This document shows positions 1 to 11,372 of a stretch of DNA of 64,000 nt, piece by piece; position 1 is the stretch's first letter, and each line of letters opens with the position of its first letter. Origin of the DNA: Scenedesmus sp. PABB004 (lineage: Eukaryota); assembly GCA_014905635.1 (NCBI GenBank), contig JABVCE010000013.1, forward strand, positions 62,001-126,000, read 5' to 3'. A model generated the notes under the pieces. That model was not told the origin of the DNA. It ran no database searches and saw only the letters and a program-made list of their open reading frames with translations. A program made the translations under genes and the position numbers.

Positions 1-125
1 GCGCCCCGCACAGCCCGCTCTCGCCCGTACGCCGCCGCCCCGCTGCCCTCCACAGCACCGGCGCCCGCCTCGCTCGCCCCACGTCGCAGCCCCGGCCCCC
101 CCTTGGCCAGCTCCCGCCTTCTTTC

Positions 126-887
126 ATGACCGACGTCGTTGAGCCGAGCGTCGTTCCTGGCGGCTTCGGTGCGGGCAGGGGCGCGCGGGGGCTGCGGGGG
201 GCGCGGGGCGCGGCGCGCTGCTGATTGCCGGCCGCCCCGCGCCGCAGACGCGTTTGCGGACGCGGCCGAGCAGGAGGAGAACACCGCGGGTGTGGACTAT
301 GTCCACATCCGCGTGCAACAGCGCAACGGCAAGAAGAGCCTGACCACCGTGCAGGTGCGCGCATGCGCCACCCGCCGCGGCGCCCCCGCGCCGCGCCGGG
401 GCCCCCGCCTGACCCGCCGTGGCGCGCAGGGCCTCAAGAAGTCGTATGACTACAAGAAGGTGCTGAAGGCGCTCAAGAAGGGTGCGCCGCGGGCCGGGGA
501 GGCCGCGTTTGCCGCCGCGCGCGCCCGCGGCGCCCGCGCGACGCCCCCGCGCCGCCGTCCGCAGAGTTCTGCTGCAACGGCACCGTGGTGGATGACCCCG
601 AGCTCGGCCAGGTGGGCCCCCGCGGTCTGAGCGCGCCGGGGCGGGCGCCTCCGCGCTGGCGCGCCCGCCTGCCGCGCCGCCCGGGCGCTCCGGGCGCCGG
701 GGGCGCGCCCCCGGCGGCGCCGCGCCCGCGGCGACGCCCTCACGCGCCGCATGGCCACCGCCGCCGCCCGCACGTGCCGCGCCGGCAGGTCATTCAGCTC
801 CAGGGCGACCAGCGCAAGAACGTGCTCCAGTTCCTCACCCAGGAGGGCCTGGTCAAGAAGGACCTGATCAAGATCCACGGCTTCTGA
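126..887 (+). CDS. SUI1: Translation initiation factor eIF1 (SUI1), 5 exons: 126-168, 248-354, 430-481, 565-611, 789-887
   Basis: Spliced translation MTDVVEPSVVPGGFDAFADA...YVHIRVQQRNGKKSLTTVQGLKKSYDYKKVLKALKKEFCCNGTVVDDPELGQVIQLQGDQRKNVLQFLTQEGLVKKDLIKIHGF*. All four introns are GT-AG and keep the frame. Confidence 0.97.
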
Positions 888-1534
888 GCCCGCGCCGGCG
901 CGCGGGCCAGGGCGCGCGCCGCGCGCGCGAGCGGCGGCGGCGACGACGCGGCAGCAGCAGTTGCGGCGCCGCGCAGCGCGGCGCGCGGGCGTCGCACGCG
1001 GGAGGCCGGCCGGCACCATTCGCGTGCGCCGGTCGCGGGCGGGCGCCGCGGCGGTGCGCGCGTGACGGGGCGGGAGACGGGGGCAGCAGCGGCTGGCGCG
1101 ATGTGAGGCCGCGGCCGCGGCGGGCCGCGCCGGCCGCGGCGGGGCGGCCGCTGCCGCACAGGCAGCGCCGCAGCCGCGGCCGGCGCGCGCCCGCCGCGCT
1201 GCGCGCTGCGCGCGGCGCCGCGCGCCGCCGCGCCGGCGGCGCGCCCGGCACTGCGAGGTGCTGGGTGGGCCGCGCGGCGCGGCGCGGCGCGGCCCGCGCG
1301 AGCAGCGGACGGGCAGGCAGCAGAGCGCACGGGCTGTACCAATAGGCTCGGGTAGGGGCGCCTCCCTGCGTGTCGTCGGTCCCGCGCGCGCAGCAGCAGT
1401 TGCTTCGCTCTCCTTTTTCGGCCTCGGGCCGCGCACCGATCGATTGGTGCAACCTCGCGTGTTGCCGCCGCCGCGACCGCGCGCCGCCGACTCCGCGCGC
1501 CCGCGAGCGGACAGGAGGGCGCCGACGTAAGCGT

Positions 1535-1539
1535 TTACA
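1535..1539 (-). promoter_or_regulatory. UGUAA polyadenylation signal for KAS II
   Basis: TTACA on the + strand about 225 nt past the KAS II stop. UGUAA is the known chlorophyte near-upstream element. Confidence 0.55.
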
Positions 1540-1762
1540 GCCGCGCACAGGCACGTGCTCGCACACACACGCAGCGCGGGGCCCGAGCAACTGCCAGCCG
1601 GGCGAGGGGCGCCCCGCCGCCCCCGGCCGGCCCCACCGGCCGGCCCCGCAGCCGCAGCTGCTGCTCCGCCCCCAGCACAGCGCACAGCGCCAGCGCGCCG
1701 CCCTCGCCCTCGCCCCGCCGCGCCCCGCTCGCGAGCCCGCCCCGCCTCGCGGCCGCCGTCCC

Positions 1763-4659
1763 TCACTGTCCCTCCATCTTCTTGAAGATGACGCAGCTGT
1801 TGTGGCCGCCAAAGCCAAAGCTGTTGCTCAGCGCCACGCGCACGTCGCGCTGCTGCTTGCCGCCGGCGCACACGACCGCGGGGTCGACGCCCGCCTCAGG
1901 GTTGGACACGTTGATGGTGGGGTGCACCCAGCCTGGCGGCGCGCGGCGCGGGGTGGGCGGCGGCGCGGCGCGGCGGCTGCTCGGCGCGGGCAGCGTGCCG
2001 GCGACGCCCGGCGGCGGCGCCCGGGTGGCCTCACCCGTCTTGATGGCCATGATCGTGGCCACCGCCTCCACCGCGCCCGCGCCGCCGAGGAGGTGCCCGA
2101 TCATGCTCTTGGTGCTGCACGGCGGCGGCGCGGCGCGGCGCGGCGCGCGGCGTCGGCCCGCCGCCTGCCGGCCGTCGCTCGCTCCGCACAGCCCCCCCGC
2201 CGCGCAGCCCCCCGCGCAGCCCCGCGCGCCGCGCCGGTGCGCGCCTGTTCATGCGCAGGGTGTCGTGCGGCAGCACGCGGCGGATGGCGCGATACTCTGC
2301 CATGTCGCCCGCGGGCGTGGAGGTGGCGTGGGCGTTGACGTAGTCCACCGCGCCCGCCTCCAGGCCTGGCCGCGGGGGGGGCGGGGCGAGGTTGCGGGAA
2401 TGGGCGCGTGAGCGGGCGCGTGAGCGGGCGCGCGGGCGGCAGGCGCGCGGCGTGCGGGAGGCGGCGGGCGGGTGCGCGGGCGGGGCGCGCGGGCGTCGCA
2501 CCCGCCGACGCGAGCGCGCGCTCGAGGCAGAGCGCGACGCCGCGGCCCTCGGGCTGCGGCTCGGTCATGTGGTGCGCGTCGCAGGTGAAGGCGCCGCCGA
2601 CGTACTCGGCGTAGATGCGCGCCCCCCGCGCGACGGCGTGGCCATACTCCTCCAGCACCAGCACGCCTGGCGGGGGGGGGGCGTGAGCGCGCGCGTGTGC
2701 GCGTGGGCGTGTGGCGTGTGTGTGCGCGTGCGTGAGCGCGCGCGCGTGTGGGGGTGTGTGGGTGTGTGGGCGGGGGGGGGGGGCATCGGCGGGCGGCGGG
2801 GCGCGCGGTGCGCCGGCGCGGCGCGCGGGCCCGCCCCGAGCCTCGGACGCCGCCGCCGCCCGGCCCCCCGCGCCCACAGGCCCCCCCCCCCCCCCAGCGC
2901 CGCCGCCCGCTCACCCGCGCCCTCGCCCATCACGAAGCCGTCGCGCCCGGTGTCCCACGGCCGGCTCGCCTCGGCCGGCGCGTCGTTGCGCTTGGAGAGC
3001 GCCTTGCACGCGACGAAGCCGCCGATGCCGCTCGGTATGATCGTCGCGTCGGCCGACCCCGCGAGCATGAGGTCGGCCTGGCCCTCGGCGATGTGGCGCG
3101 CCGCGTTGGTGATGCAGTAGTTGCCGGTCGCGCAGGCGGTGTTGATGGCGTAGTTGGGGCCCATGAACCCCAGGTCCATCGCGAGCAGCGCGCCCGCCAT
3201 GTTGGTGATGGCAAAGGGGATGCAAAAGGGGTTCATCTTGCGGAAGCCTTGGTGTGTGTGTGTGTGTGTGTGTGTGTGGGGTTGGGGGGGGGGGGGGGGC
3301 GAGGCGGCGGTTGGGGGTCAGGTCAGGAGGGGAGCGGCGGCCGGGGGGAGGGAGGGAGGGGCGGGCGAGGGCGCGGCGGGCGCGGCGGCGGCGGCGGCGC
3401 GCACTCTGCGTCTCGAGCGCCTCCACCGCGGTGGAAAAGCTCGTCATGCCGCCGAATGCGCTGCCGATGAGGATGCCGCACCGCGCCTTGTCCAGCTCCT
3501 GCGCCGCGGGCGCGGGCGCGGGCGCGTCGGCCAGCGGCGCGCGGCGCGGCACGAGCGCGCGCAGCTAGCTCCGCCCCAGCGCGGCGCGGGGCTTGCCTTG
3601 ATGTCGGGCCCCGCCCAGTCGAGCCCCGCGTCGGCGAGCGCCTTCTTGCCCGACACCAGCACGTACTTGATGGTCTTGTCGAGGCGGCGCTCCATCTTCT
3701 TGGCGATGTAGCCCTCCGCCTCAAACGACTGCGACGCGGCGGCGGCAGCGGCGGCGCGCGGCGCGGCGCGCAGCGTCGTGTGTGGGCAGGGGAGCGGGGC
3801 GGCGGCGGCGCGCGCGGCGCGGGCGGCAGGCTGCGCCCCGCGCGCGCGCGTGCGGGGCGCGGTGTGGCCGCGCCTTGATCTCGCCGGCAAAGCGCGTGGG
3901 GAAGTCTGTCGCGTCAAAGCTCTCGATCTCGCTCACGCCGCTCTTGCCCGCCAGCAGCGCGTCGTAGAAGGGCTCGATCTAGAAGCGCGGCGCGGCGGGG
4001 GCGAGGGGCGGAGGAGCGCGGCGGCGCCCAACGCGGCGTCGGCGGCGCGGGAGGGACGGCGCGGGCGCCCGGCGGGCGCGGCGGCGGCGGCGCACCCCGC
4101 CCCGCCCCGCCCCGCCCGCTGCTGCGGCGGCCCGCCCGCTGCCGGCCGCACCTCGTGCCCCAGCGGCGACACCACGCCCATGCCTGTGACCACGACTCGC
4201 CGGCTGCTGCCATCCTGCGGGCGCGCGCGCAAAACGCGCGGGCGCGCGCCGGCGTCGGCGGCCACGCCCCCGCGCGCTGCGGCGCCGGCGGCCGCTGCGC
4301 GCGGCGCGCACCGTGCCAGCGGCTGCCCGCGTCACCACCCGCGCGCGGCTGCGCGCTGCTGCTACCCGCGGGCACTGCGGGGCGGCGGCGGCGGCGGCGG
4401 CGGCGCCCGCCGGGCGTCGTCGGCGCCGCGTCCTCCGCGATCGTGCGCGCCGCCCACAGGGCCGCAGCTGCTGCGGGCGCCGCCGCGACTGCTGGCGGGC
4501 GCCGGGGCCGGGGCCGGGAGCGCTGGCGTGCCGTGCTCGGCGCCGCCGCCGCCGTGCAGGGGCGCGGCCGCGCCGCGCCGCCGGAGCAGCGCGCGCCGCG
4601 CCGCTGCGCCGCCCGCCGCCCGCGCTGGGCGCGCCGCCGCCGGGGCGCTGCAGCTGCAT
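1763..4659 (-). CDS. KAS2: Plastid 3-oxoacyl-ACP synthase II (KAS II/FabF), multi-exon; start uncertain (ATG 4659, or in-frame ATG 4893)
   Basis: Motifs RRVVVTGMG, FPTRFAGEIK, MNPFCIPFAITNM, TACATGN (catalytic Cys), DGFVMGEGAG, DAHH, YVNAHATST, STKSMIGHLLG, SNSFGFGGHN. Transit-peptide-like ...RVVTRA precedes the catalytic domain. Confidence 0.95.
3252..3299. repeat. (GT)n microsatellite followed by a G run, intronic in KAS II
   Basis: Read directly from the sequence. Confidence 0.9.
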
Positions 4660-5814
4660 TGGCTGCCGCCCGCCGGGCGCCGTCGGGGGCGGCCCGCCGC
4701 GGCCGCGGGCGGGGCCCGGGCGGTTGCCCGGGGCGCGGCAGCAGCAGCTCACCGAGGTGCTGAACGCGGCGCGCCTGCAGGCGCCCGCGGCGCGCGGATC
4801 CACGCCTGCGAGCACGAGCAAGGGCGTCAGCGCCGGCGTGCGCCAGCGCGCGAGGCCGCGGCCGGCCGCGGGCAGGCGCGCACCGAAGGCCATCAGAGCG
4901 CTGCTGCTGCCGCGCCCACGCGCCGCCGCCTGGGGGCGCGGCGGGCCCAAATTCACTGCGTCAGCTGCCCGCAGACGGCGCCGCGCATAGCGCGGTCGCG
5001 CAGGTGGGCGTTAGGGGGGCGGAGCGCGCGGGGGCTGCTGCTGCTCGAGCGCTTCGCGATCGGGCGCGAGCGGCGGGCGAGTAGGGCGGCGGCGCGCCGG
5101 CGCGGCGGCGGGGGCGGCGGCGCTGCGACGCTGCGCCGCCGCCTTGCGCCGCTGCCGGCGCGCGCGATCGATCGGCGCGGGTGGGCGCGCGGGCGCGGGC
5201 CAGCGCTCAGGCACAATCTACAGCAGTGCCGCCAGCCAGCCAGCCAGCCCACACCCCGCGCCGCTGCCCCGCCCCAACGACCAATACGCTGCGCGCCCGC
5301 CGCGCCGGTCTGCGCGCCGGCGCAGCGCCGGCCCTCAGACCGACCGACAGACAGAGAGGGCCCACAACCAATGACGCCTGCGCCGCCGCCGCCGCCCGCC
5401 GCCCGCGCGCGCCCAATGGCGGCGCGCCGCGGGCTGGGGCGTGCGGTCGGCGCGTCCCTCGTGCCCGCCTCGCTCTCGCGCCCGCACGCGCGCGTGGGCG
5501 TGTTATTATGCCTCCCGCAGAATGCCTGCAGAGCAGCGCCGGCCAGGCGCAGCGCGCCCCGCCAGGGCCGCAGCGGCGGGCGCGCGCCGCCCCGGCGCGC
5601 GGCGCGCGCAGCGGATGCAAGTCTGTCTGTCTGTGCACGCGGTCGGCGCCGCCGCGCGGCGCGCGCATGTACAGCGGCAACGCCCCGCCGCACGGCGCGC
5701 GGTCCACCACCAATCCACGCCCCGTCCTTGTCCCCGTCGCGTCGCCGTCCCCGCCCCCGTCGTCGCCCCCGCGCCACGCGCAGGGGGGCCCCGCCGCCGC
5801 GCCGCGCGGGCCGC

Positions 5815-8800
5815 TCACGCCGCCGCGGGCGCAAAGCCGCCGCCGTGCGCGGGCGGCGCGCCGCCGCCGCCGCCGCCGCCGCTGCGCGCGCGCGGCCGCG
5901 GCGGCCGCGGCGGCCGCGGCCGCCGCGCCGCGGCCGACCTTGGCGCTGTCCGGCAGCAGCAGCGGCGTGAGGAGCATCGTGACGCCGATAATGCACGCGC
6001 TCAGCCCAAACGCGGCCTGCGCGCCGTGCGCGTGCCAGAGCGCGCCAAACATGGTGTTGGCCGCCATCGCGACGACGGCCATCATGGTGTAAAAGATGCC
6101 AAACGCGGTGCCCTTGAGGTGCGGCGGCGCCATGCCGACGACCGCACTGAGCATCGGGCCCTGCACGACCGCCCAGTGCACGCCCCAGAACCCGCACGCG
6201 ACAAACACCGCCGCCGGCCACGCGCCGCTCGCGAGCAGCACGAGGTCGCCCGCGACGAGCGCGGCCATGCCGAGGCCAAACGTCGTCGCGTGCCCCGCGC
6301 GGTCGTCGAGGCGGCCGAGCGGGTAGGCGCAAAGAAAGACGGAGAAGCAGAGCAGCGCGACGACGAGCGTCGACTCGGCCTTGCCAAAGCCGACCTCGAT
6401 CGCCCGCGCCTCGAGCAGGCTCTCGTTGATGTGCCCCAGGCCGTACAGCGCGATGACCGAGAGCGTGCGGTAAAAGTCGACGCCCATGCTGCGCACGTCG
6501 CCCCAAAACGCGCGCGCCGCCGCGAGCGCGCCGGCGGGCGCGCGCGGCGCGCGCGCGGGCGCGGGCGCCGCCGCGGGGGCGCCGCCGCCCGCCTGCTTGT
6601 GCGGCGCGCGCCGCCGCAGCGCCTGCTGCGGCTGCGCCTGCTGCGCCTGCTGCTGCTGCTGCTGCTGCTGCTCCCGCGCGCCCGCTTCGCTGCCGCCGTG
6701 CTGCGTGTTGGGGTGGCTCGGCACCAGCAGCACAAACGCGAGCGTGCTCAGCGCCGACACGCCTGCGGCGGGGCGGGGCGGGGCAGCGCGGCGGCGTCGG
6801 CGGCGCGTCGGCGGCGCGCGGGCGGGCCCGCGCGCGCGCCCTGCTCCCGCCTTCGCCCCGCCGCGCCCGGCCCCCGGCCCCGGCCCCGGTTCCCGGCACG
6901 CACTTGCGGCGAGCAGGAAGATGGCCTTGTAGTTGTTGTCGCTCGCCTTCATCAGCGCAAAGGCCAGCCCCGCGCCCATGAAGCTGCCCCACTTGCGCAT
7001 GCTCTGCGCAAAGCCAAAGCACGCGGAGCGGCTGTCCGCGGGCGAGAGGTCGCCGATGAGCGCGTCGCGCGGCGCGGCCTGGCAACGCGCGGCCGCGGGC
7101 GGGGGCGGCGCGGTGGGCGGCGGGCGGCGGGCGGGCGACGCGCGACGCGCGCCGCGCGACGCGCGCAGCGCCGTGCGGCACGCCGCCCATCGCGCAGCGC
7201 GCACCTGCACGCCGTTGCCGAGGCGGTCAACCGCCTTTGTGAGGAAGAGCTGCAGCGTGCCGGTCGCGGCGGTCATGCCAAACTTGGCCGCCGCGCCCAT
7301 GGCAAAGCCGGCCGCGATCGCGGCCTTGCGGCTGGCCATGCGGTCGCTGAGCACGCCGCTGAACATGCGCACGACGTACGAAAAGGCCTCCAGGAAGCCT
7401 GCGTGTGGCGCGCCGCGGCGGCGGTTGAATGAGTGCGCGGTCGGCGGCGGGCGCGCGCGCGCGGGGCCGGCGGCACGCGGCGCCAGCCCCCCCTGCGCCG
7501 CGACGCGGCCGGCGCACCCTCAAACATGCCCATCGCGCGCATGGTCATCTTGAGCTCGGTGACCATGTAGATGGGCAGCAGGCTGTTGAACACGCAGCTC
7601 GCGCTCGTCAGCGCCATGCTCACCAGGCTCAGCACAAAGATGCTCTGCGGGATGCCGCCGCCGATCATGGCCGGGCCGTCGCCGCCGCCCGCCGACGCCG
7701 GCGCGCCGCCGCCGGCGGCGCCGCCCTCGCGCGGCGCCGGCGCCGGCGCGCCCGCACCGCCGCCCGGCGCAGGCGCGTGGCCGCCGCCGCGCTGCGCCGC
7801 CGCGTCGGCGAGCAGCGGGAGGACGTCGTCGTCGGCAACTGTCGAGTAGTCGTGGCGGTGAGGCCCGCCGCGCGCCGCCGCGGCGGCCGCCGCGTCGAGC
7901 GCGGCGCCGCTGTCCTGGTACAGCGCCTCCAGCCGCACGCGCCGCATCTCCTGCTGCACCGCCGCCGCGATGCTGTCCGCCGCGGCGGCCTCGCTCGCGG
8001 CTGCCGCTGCAGCCGCCTCCGCCGCCGCCGCCGCCGCCGCGGGCGCGGGCGCGGGCGCAGCCGGCGCCGGCAGGGGCGCCGGCGGCGGGGCCGGCGCGGC
8101 GTCTGCCGCGCCCGCCGCCGCCGCGGCGCGGAGGCCCTGCGGGTCGACCGCGTCGCTCAGCGTCCCCAGCTCCAGCTCCAGCTCCAGGTCGTGGTGGCTG
8201 CCGTTGGGGTCGCTGCTGCCCGTGACGGGGCGGAACTGCGCGACGCGCGCGGGCACGCCGGCGCGCCGCCGGTGCGGCGCGGGCCTGCGGCGCGGCGGGA
8301 CGGCGGCGGCGGCGGCGGCGGGTGGGCGGGGGAGCACGCGCGGGGCGGCGCCGCGGCGCAAGAGGGCGAGAGGCGCGGCGGGGCCGCGGCGCGCGCGCCG
8401 CTGCCCCACGGCCGCGCGCGCCAATTGCCGCCCCCCGCCCGCCCGCCCGGCGCCGCGCGGGCGCGTGGCGCCACGGCCGTCCCCCGGGCCGCCCGCAGAC
8501 GCGCGGCGCGGGGCGCCGGGGCCACGCCGCGGCGCGGCGCCGTGCCGGCCTCAGCAGCGGCGGCCGGCGGCGGCCGGGGCCGCGCCGGCCCGCCGCCGCC
8601 GCGACGCGCGCCCGCGCGCCGGCCGGGGGCGTGCCGGGCCGGTCCCCGCGCCGTGGGCGGGCCCGCCCGACCGCCCCGCCTCCCCGCGGCCCGCACTGCC
8701 ACCAGCTGCTCGCGCGCACCTGAGCGCCTCCAGGGAGCCACCCAAGCCGCGCCGCGCCGCATTCTGTGAGTCCAGGACCACGACTCCCAGCCGAGAGCGG

Positions 8801-8859
8801 CCCGGCAGGCGCACGCCGCACGCGCCGCCCACGCCCGGAGCGCACAGCATCGTCGCCAT
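5815..8859 (-). CDS. MFS transporter with long low-complexity N-terminal extension; both ends uncertain
   Basis: Multiple hydrophobic helices; MFS motif-A-like FSGVLSDRMASRK and LGRLDDRAGH; DRLGNGVQAAPRDALIGD. First exon proposed from ATG 8859 to a GT donor near 8719. A TGA at 5815-5817 is out of frame with the main ORF. Confidence 0.85.
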
Positions 8860-9430
8860 TCTTGCCGCCGCCGCGGTGCGCCGCGCTGTCGCGAGGTCGA
8901 CGCGAGGTCACGCGGACAGGGCGCGCATCGTCACGACGCCTCCACGCGCTGCTGCTACGCCAGGGCGCGAGGCCGTGGATTCGACGCAGTGCAGAGAGCT
9001 CGGGGCGTCGCGAGCGTGCGGTAGTGAGCTGCTGGTCGACTGGGCGTCGTCTGGCGGCGCTGAGCGGTGCTGTTAGAGGAGGTCGCGCCGCGACCAGGGC
9101 TCGAGCCTTGCATTTTTGCGCGCCGCGGGCCCGCGGGCTGCTTGCGAGAGCAGCCAACCCGGCCGTCACACGACTCGCCAGCCCCCAGGGCGGCGGCGGC
9201 CGCCGCGCCGCGCGCGGCCAGCGCCCTCGCGCGCCTGCCGCCGCCGCCGCCCGTGCGCAGCTCCAGCCCCCAGCAACACCCCAGCGATTGAGTTCGAGTC
9301 CGCCCTGACCCCACGCGGGCCGACGACACATTTTGCCGCGACGCCCCGAATCCCCGCCCGCACGCGCGCGCGCGCCGCGCGACGACGGATGCCCACGGCG
9401 CGCGGCGGCGGCCGCGCGCGTCGGCCGCGC

Positions 9431-11291
9431 TCACTGGCCGACGATGCCGGGCACCACGGGCGCAAAGGGCAGCTCCGTGTCTGTGTGGATGTAGGTGTAG
9501 TCGGTCATGTCGAGGTGCTTGTACCTGCGGCGGGGCGGCGCAGCCAGGCTGCGGGCTTCAGCGCGCCGCACAGCCTGTGCGCGGGGCAGGGGCACAGCCC
9601 CTGCGCGCTGGCGCGCCGCGGCGCCGCGCACCGGATGGCGCCGATGAGGCTCTCCGGCAGCTCGTGCGCAAACTGGCCCTCCAGCAGGTAGGCGTGGTCG
9701 ATGAGCATGCTGCGCGTGGCGCCCTGGACCATCTTGACGATGTAGGCGACCGCCTGCGTGCTCGCGACGTCGACGTCCACCTCGATGTACCTGGCGGCGA
9801 GGGAGGAGGGGGGGGAGGAGAAGGGGCGCGAGCGAGGGAGGGGAGCGAGGGAGCGAGGGAGTGAGGCAGGGAGGGAGGGAGGGTGTGAGCGAGGGAGCGA
9901 GCGAGGGAGGGAGGGAGGGAGGGAGGGAGCGGGTGAGGGAGGGAGGGAGGGCGGGGCGTGCGGGGGAGGGCGCGCGGCGCGGCGCCGCGCACCGCTCGTG
10001 GGTGTGGTAGGTCGTCGCGAGCTTGCGGCCGAGGATGACGGGCGTCGTGCCGACGCTCTGGCTGACCACCCAGCTGCCCTTGGCGCAGTGGGGGATCAGC
10101 TTGAACATGCCGTTGCGCTCCTCGTCTGCGCGCGCGCGCGCGCGGGCGCGCAGAGCCCGGAGGGTCGGCGGGCGCGCCGCGGCGGGGTTTTGGTGGGCGC
10201 GCCGCGCGCGGCGGCTGCGCCAGCGCGGGCGGGGCTGGGGGTGTGTTGGCGCACCGTTGGCGTGCAGGAAGCGCGCCATGGTGAAGTCAAAGGGGCTCCA
10301 CTCCTCCCCCGCGTCGAGCGGGTCGTCCGGGCAGGGGCCCAGGCTGTCGGGGTGGCGGTCGGTGGAAAACACCTGGCGGCGCGCGCGCGCGCGGGGCGCG
10401 GCGGGGCGGGGCGGGGCGGTGAGGCCCGGGCGCGGCGGCGGCCCCGCGAGCCCCGCGAGCCCCGTCAACCGGCGGCGCGCTGCGGGGCGCGGCAGCACAT
10501 CAGGTTCAACACGCCCACGAGCCCTGACCCGCCGCGCCGCGCGCGCCCTGACGCACCATGACGAGGTGCAGCACGGGGCTGCCGTAGTTGATGATGAGGT
10601 CCACCACAAAGCTGAACGCCGCGCCGCTGCAGCGCACGCTCGGCAGGAAGCGCGCGATGTGGTCGAGCGGGCCGTCGCTCGCGACCAGGTCGGCCGCCAT
10701 GAGCTTGTACCGGCCCTTGCCTGCCGGCCGCGGCGGACGCGCGGTGCAGGTCAAGCACGAGCCGGCGCGGCGCGGCGGCGGCGGCGGGCGGCGGCGGCGG
10801 CGCCGGCCGGCCGGCCCGGCGGCGCACCAGCGGGGATCTTCTTGCGGTCGCGCAGGTACGCGGGGCCGCGTATGCTGTACACGTCGCGCACGCTGCCGAC
10901 GCCGTCGTGGATGGGCTCCCAGTACTGCCGGCTGAGGCTGCCGCCGATGAGCGACGCCAGCTCCGCCTCGCTGTACGGCAGGCCCCCCGCGGCGGCGGCG
11001 CGCCGCCGCCGTCGTCGCCGCTGGCCTCCTGGAACGCGTCGTCGTCGTCCGCCGCGCCCGGCGCGCCTGCGCCTGCGCCGCCGCCGCCGGCACCCCCAGC
11101 TGAGGAGCCGCACACGCTGTAGAAGCGCTCGCCGCCGCCACCGCCCGACTCCGACAGGCTGCCCCCGCTGCCGGCCGCCGCGAGGCCCGGCTGTCGCCGC
11201 TGCTGCGCCGCCTGCTGCGCTTGTTGCTGCTGCGCTTGTTGCTGCTGCGCTTGCTGCTGCACCGCCTGCTGCTGCGCCGCCTGCTGCACCG

Positions 11292-11372
<81 letters not shown>

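Noticed and set aside
3249..3404. Possible GA-AG intron in KAS II
   Set aside because: A|GTGCGC with an AAG acceptor gives a canonical phase-1 intron restoring Q-S-FRKMNPF.
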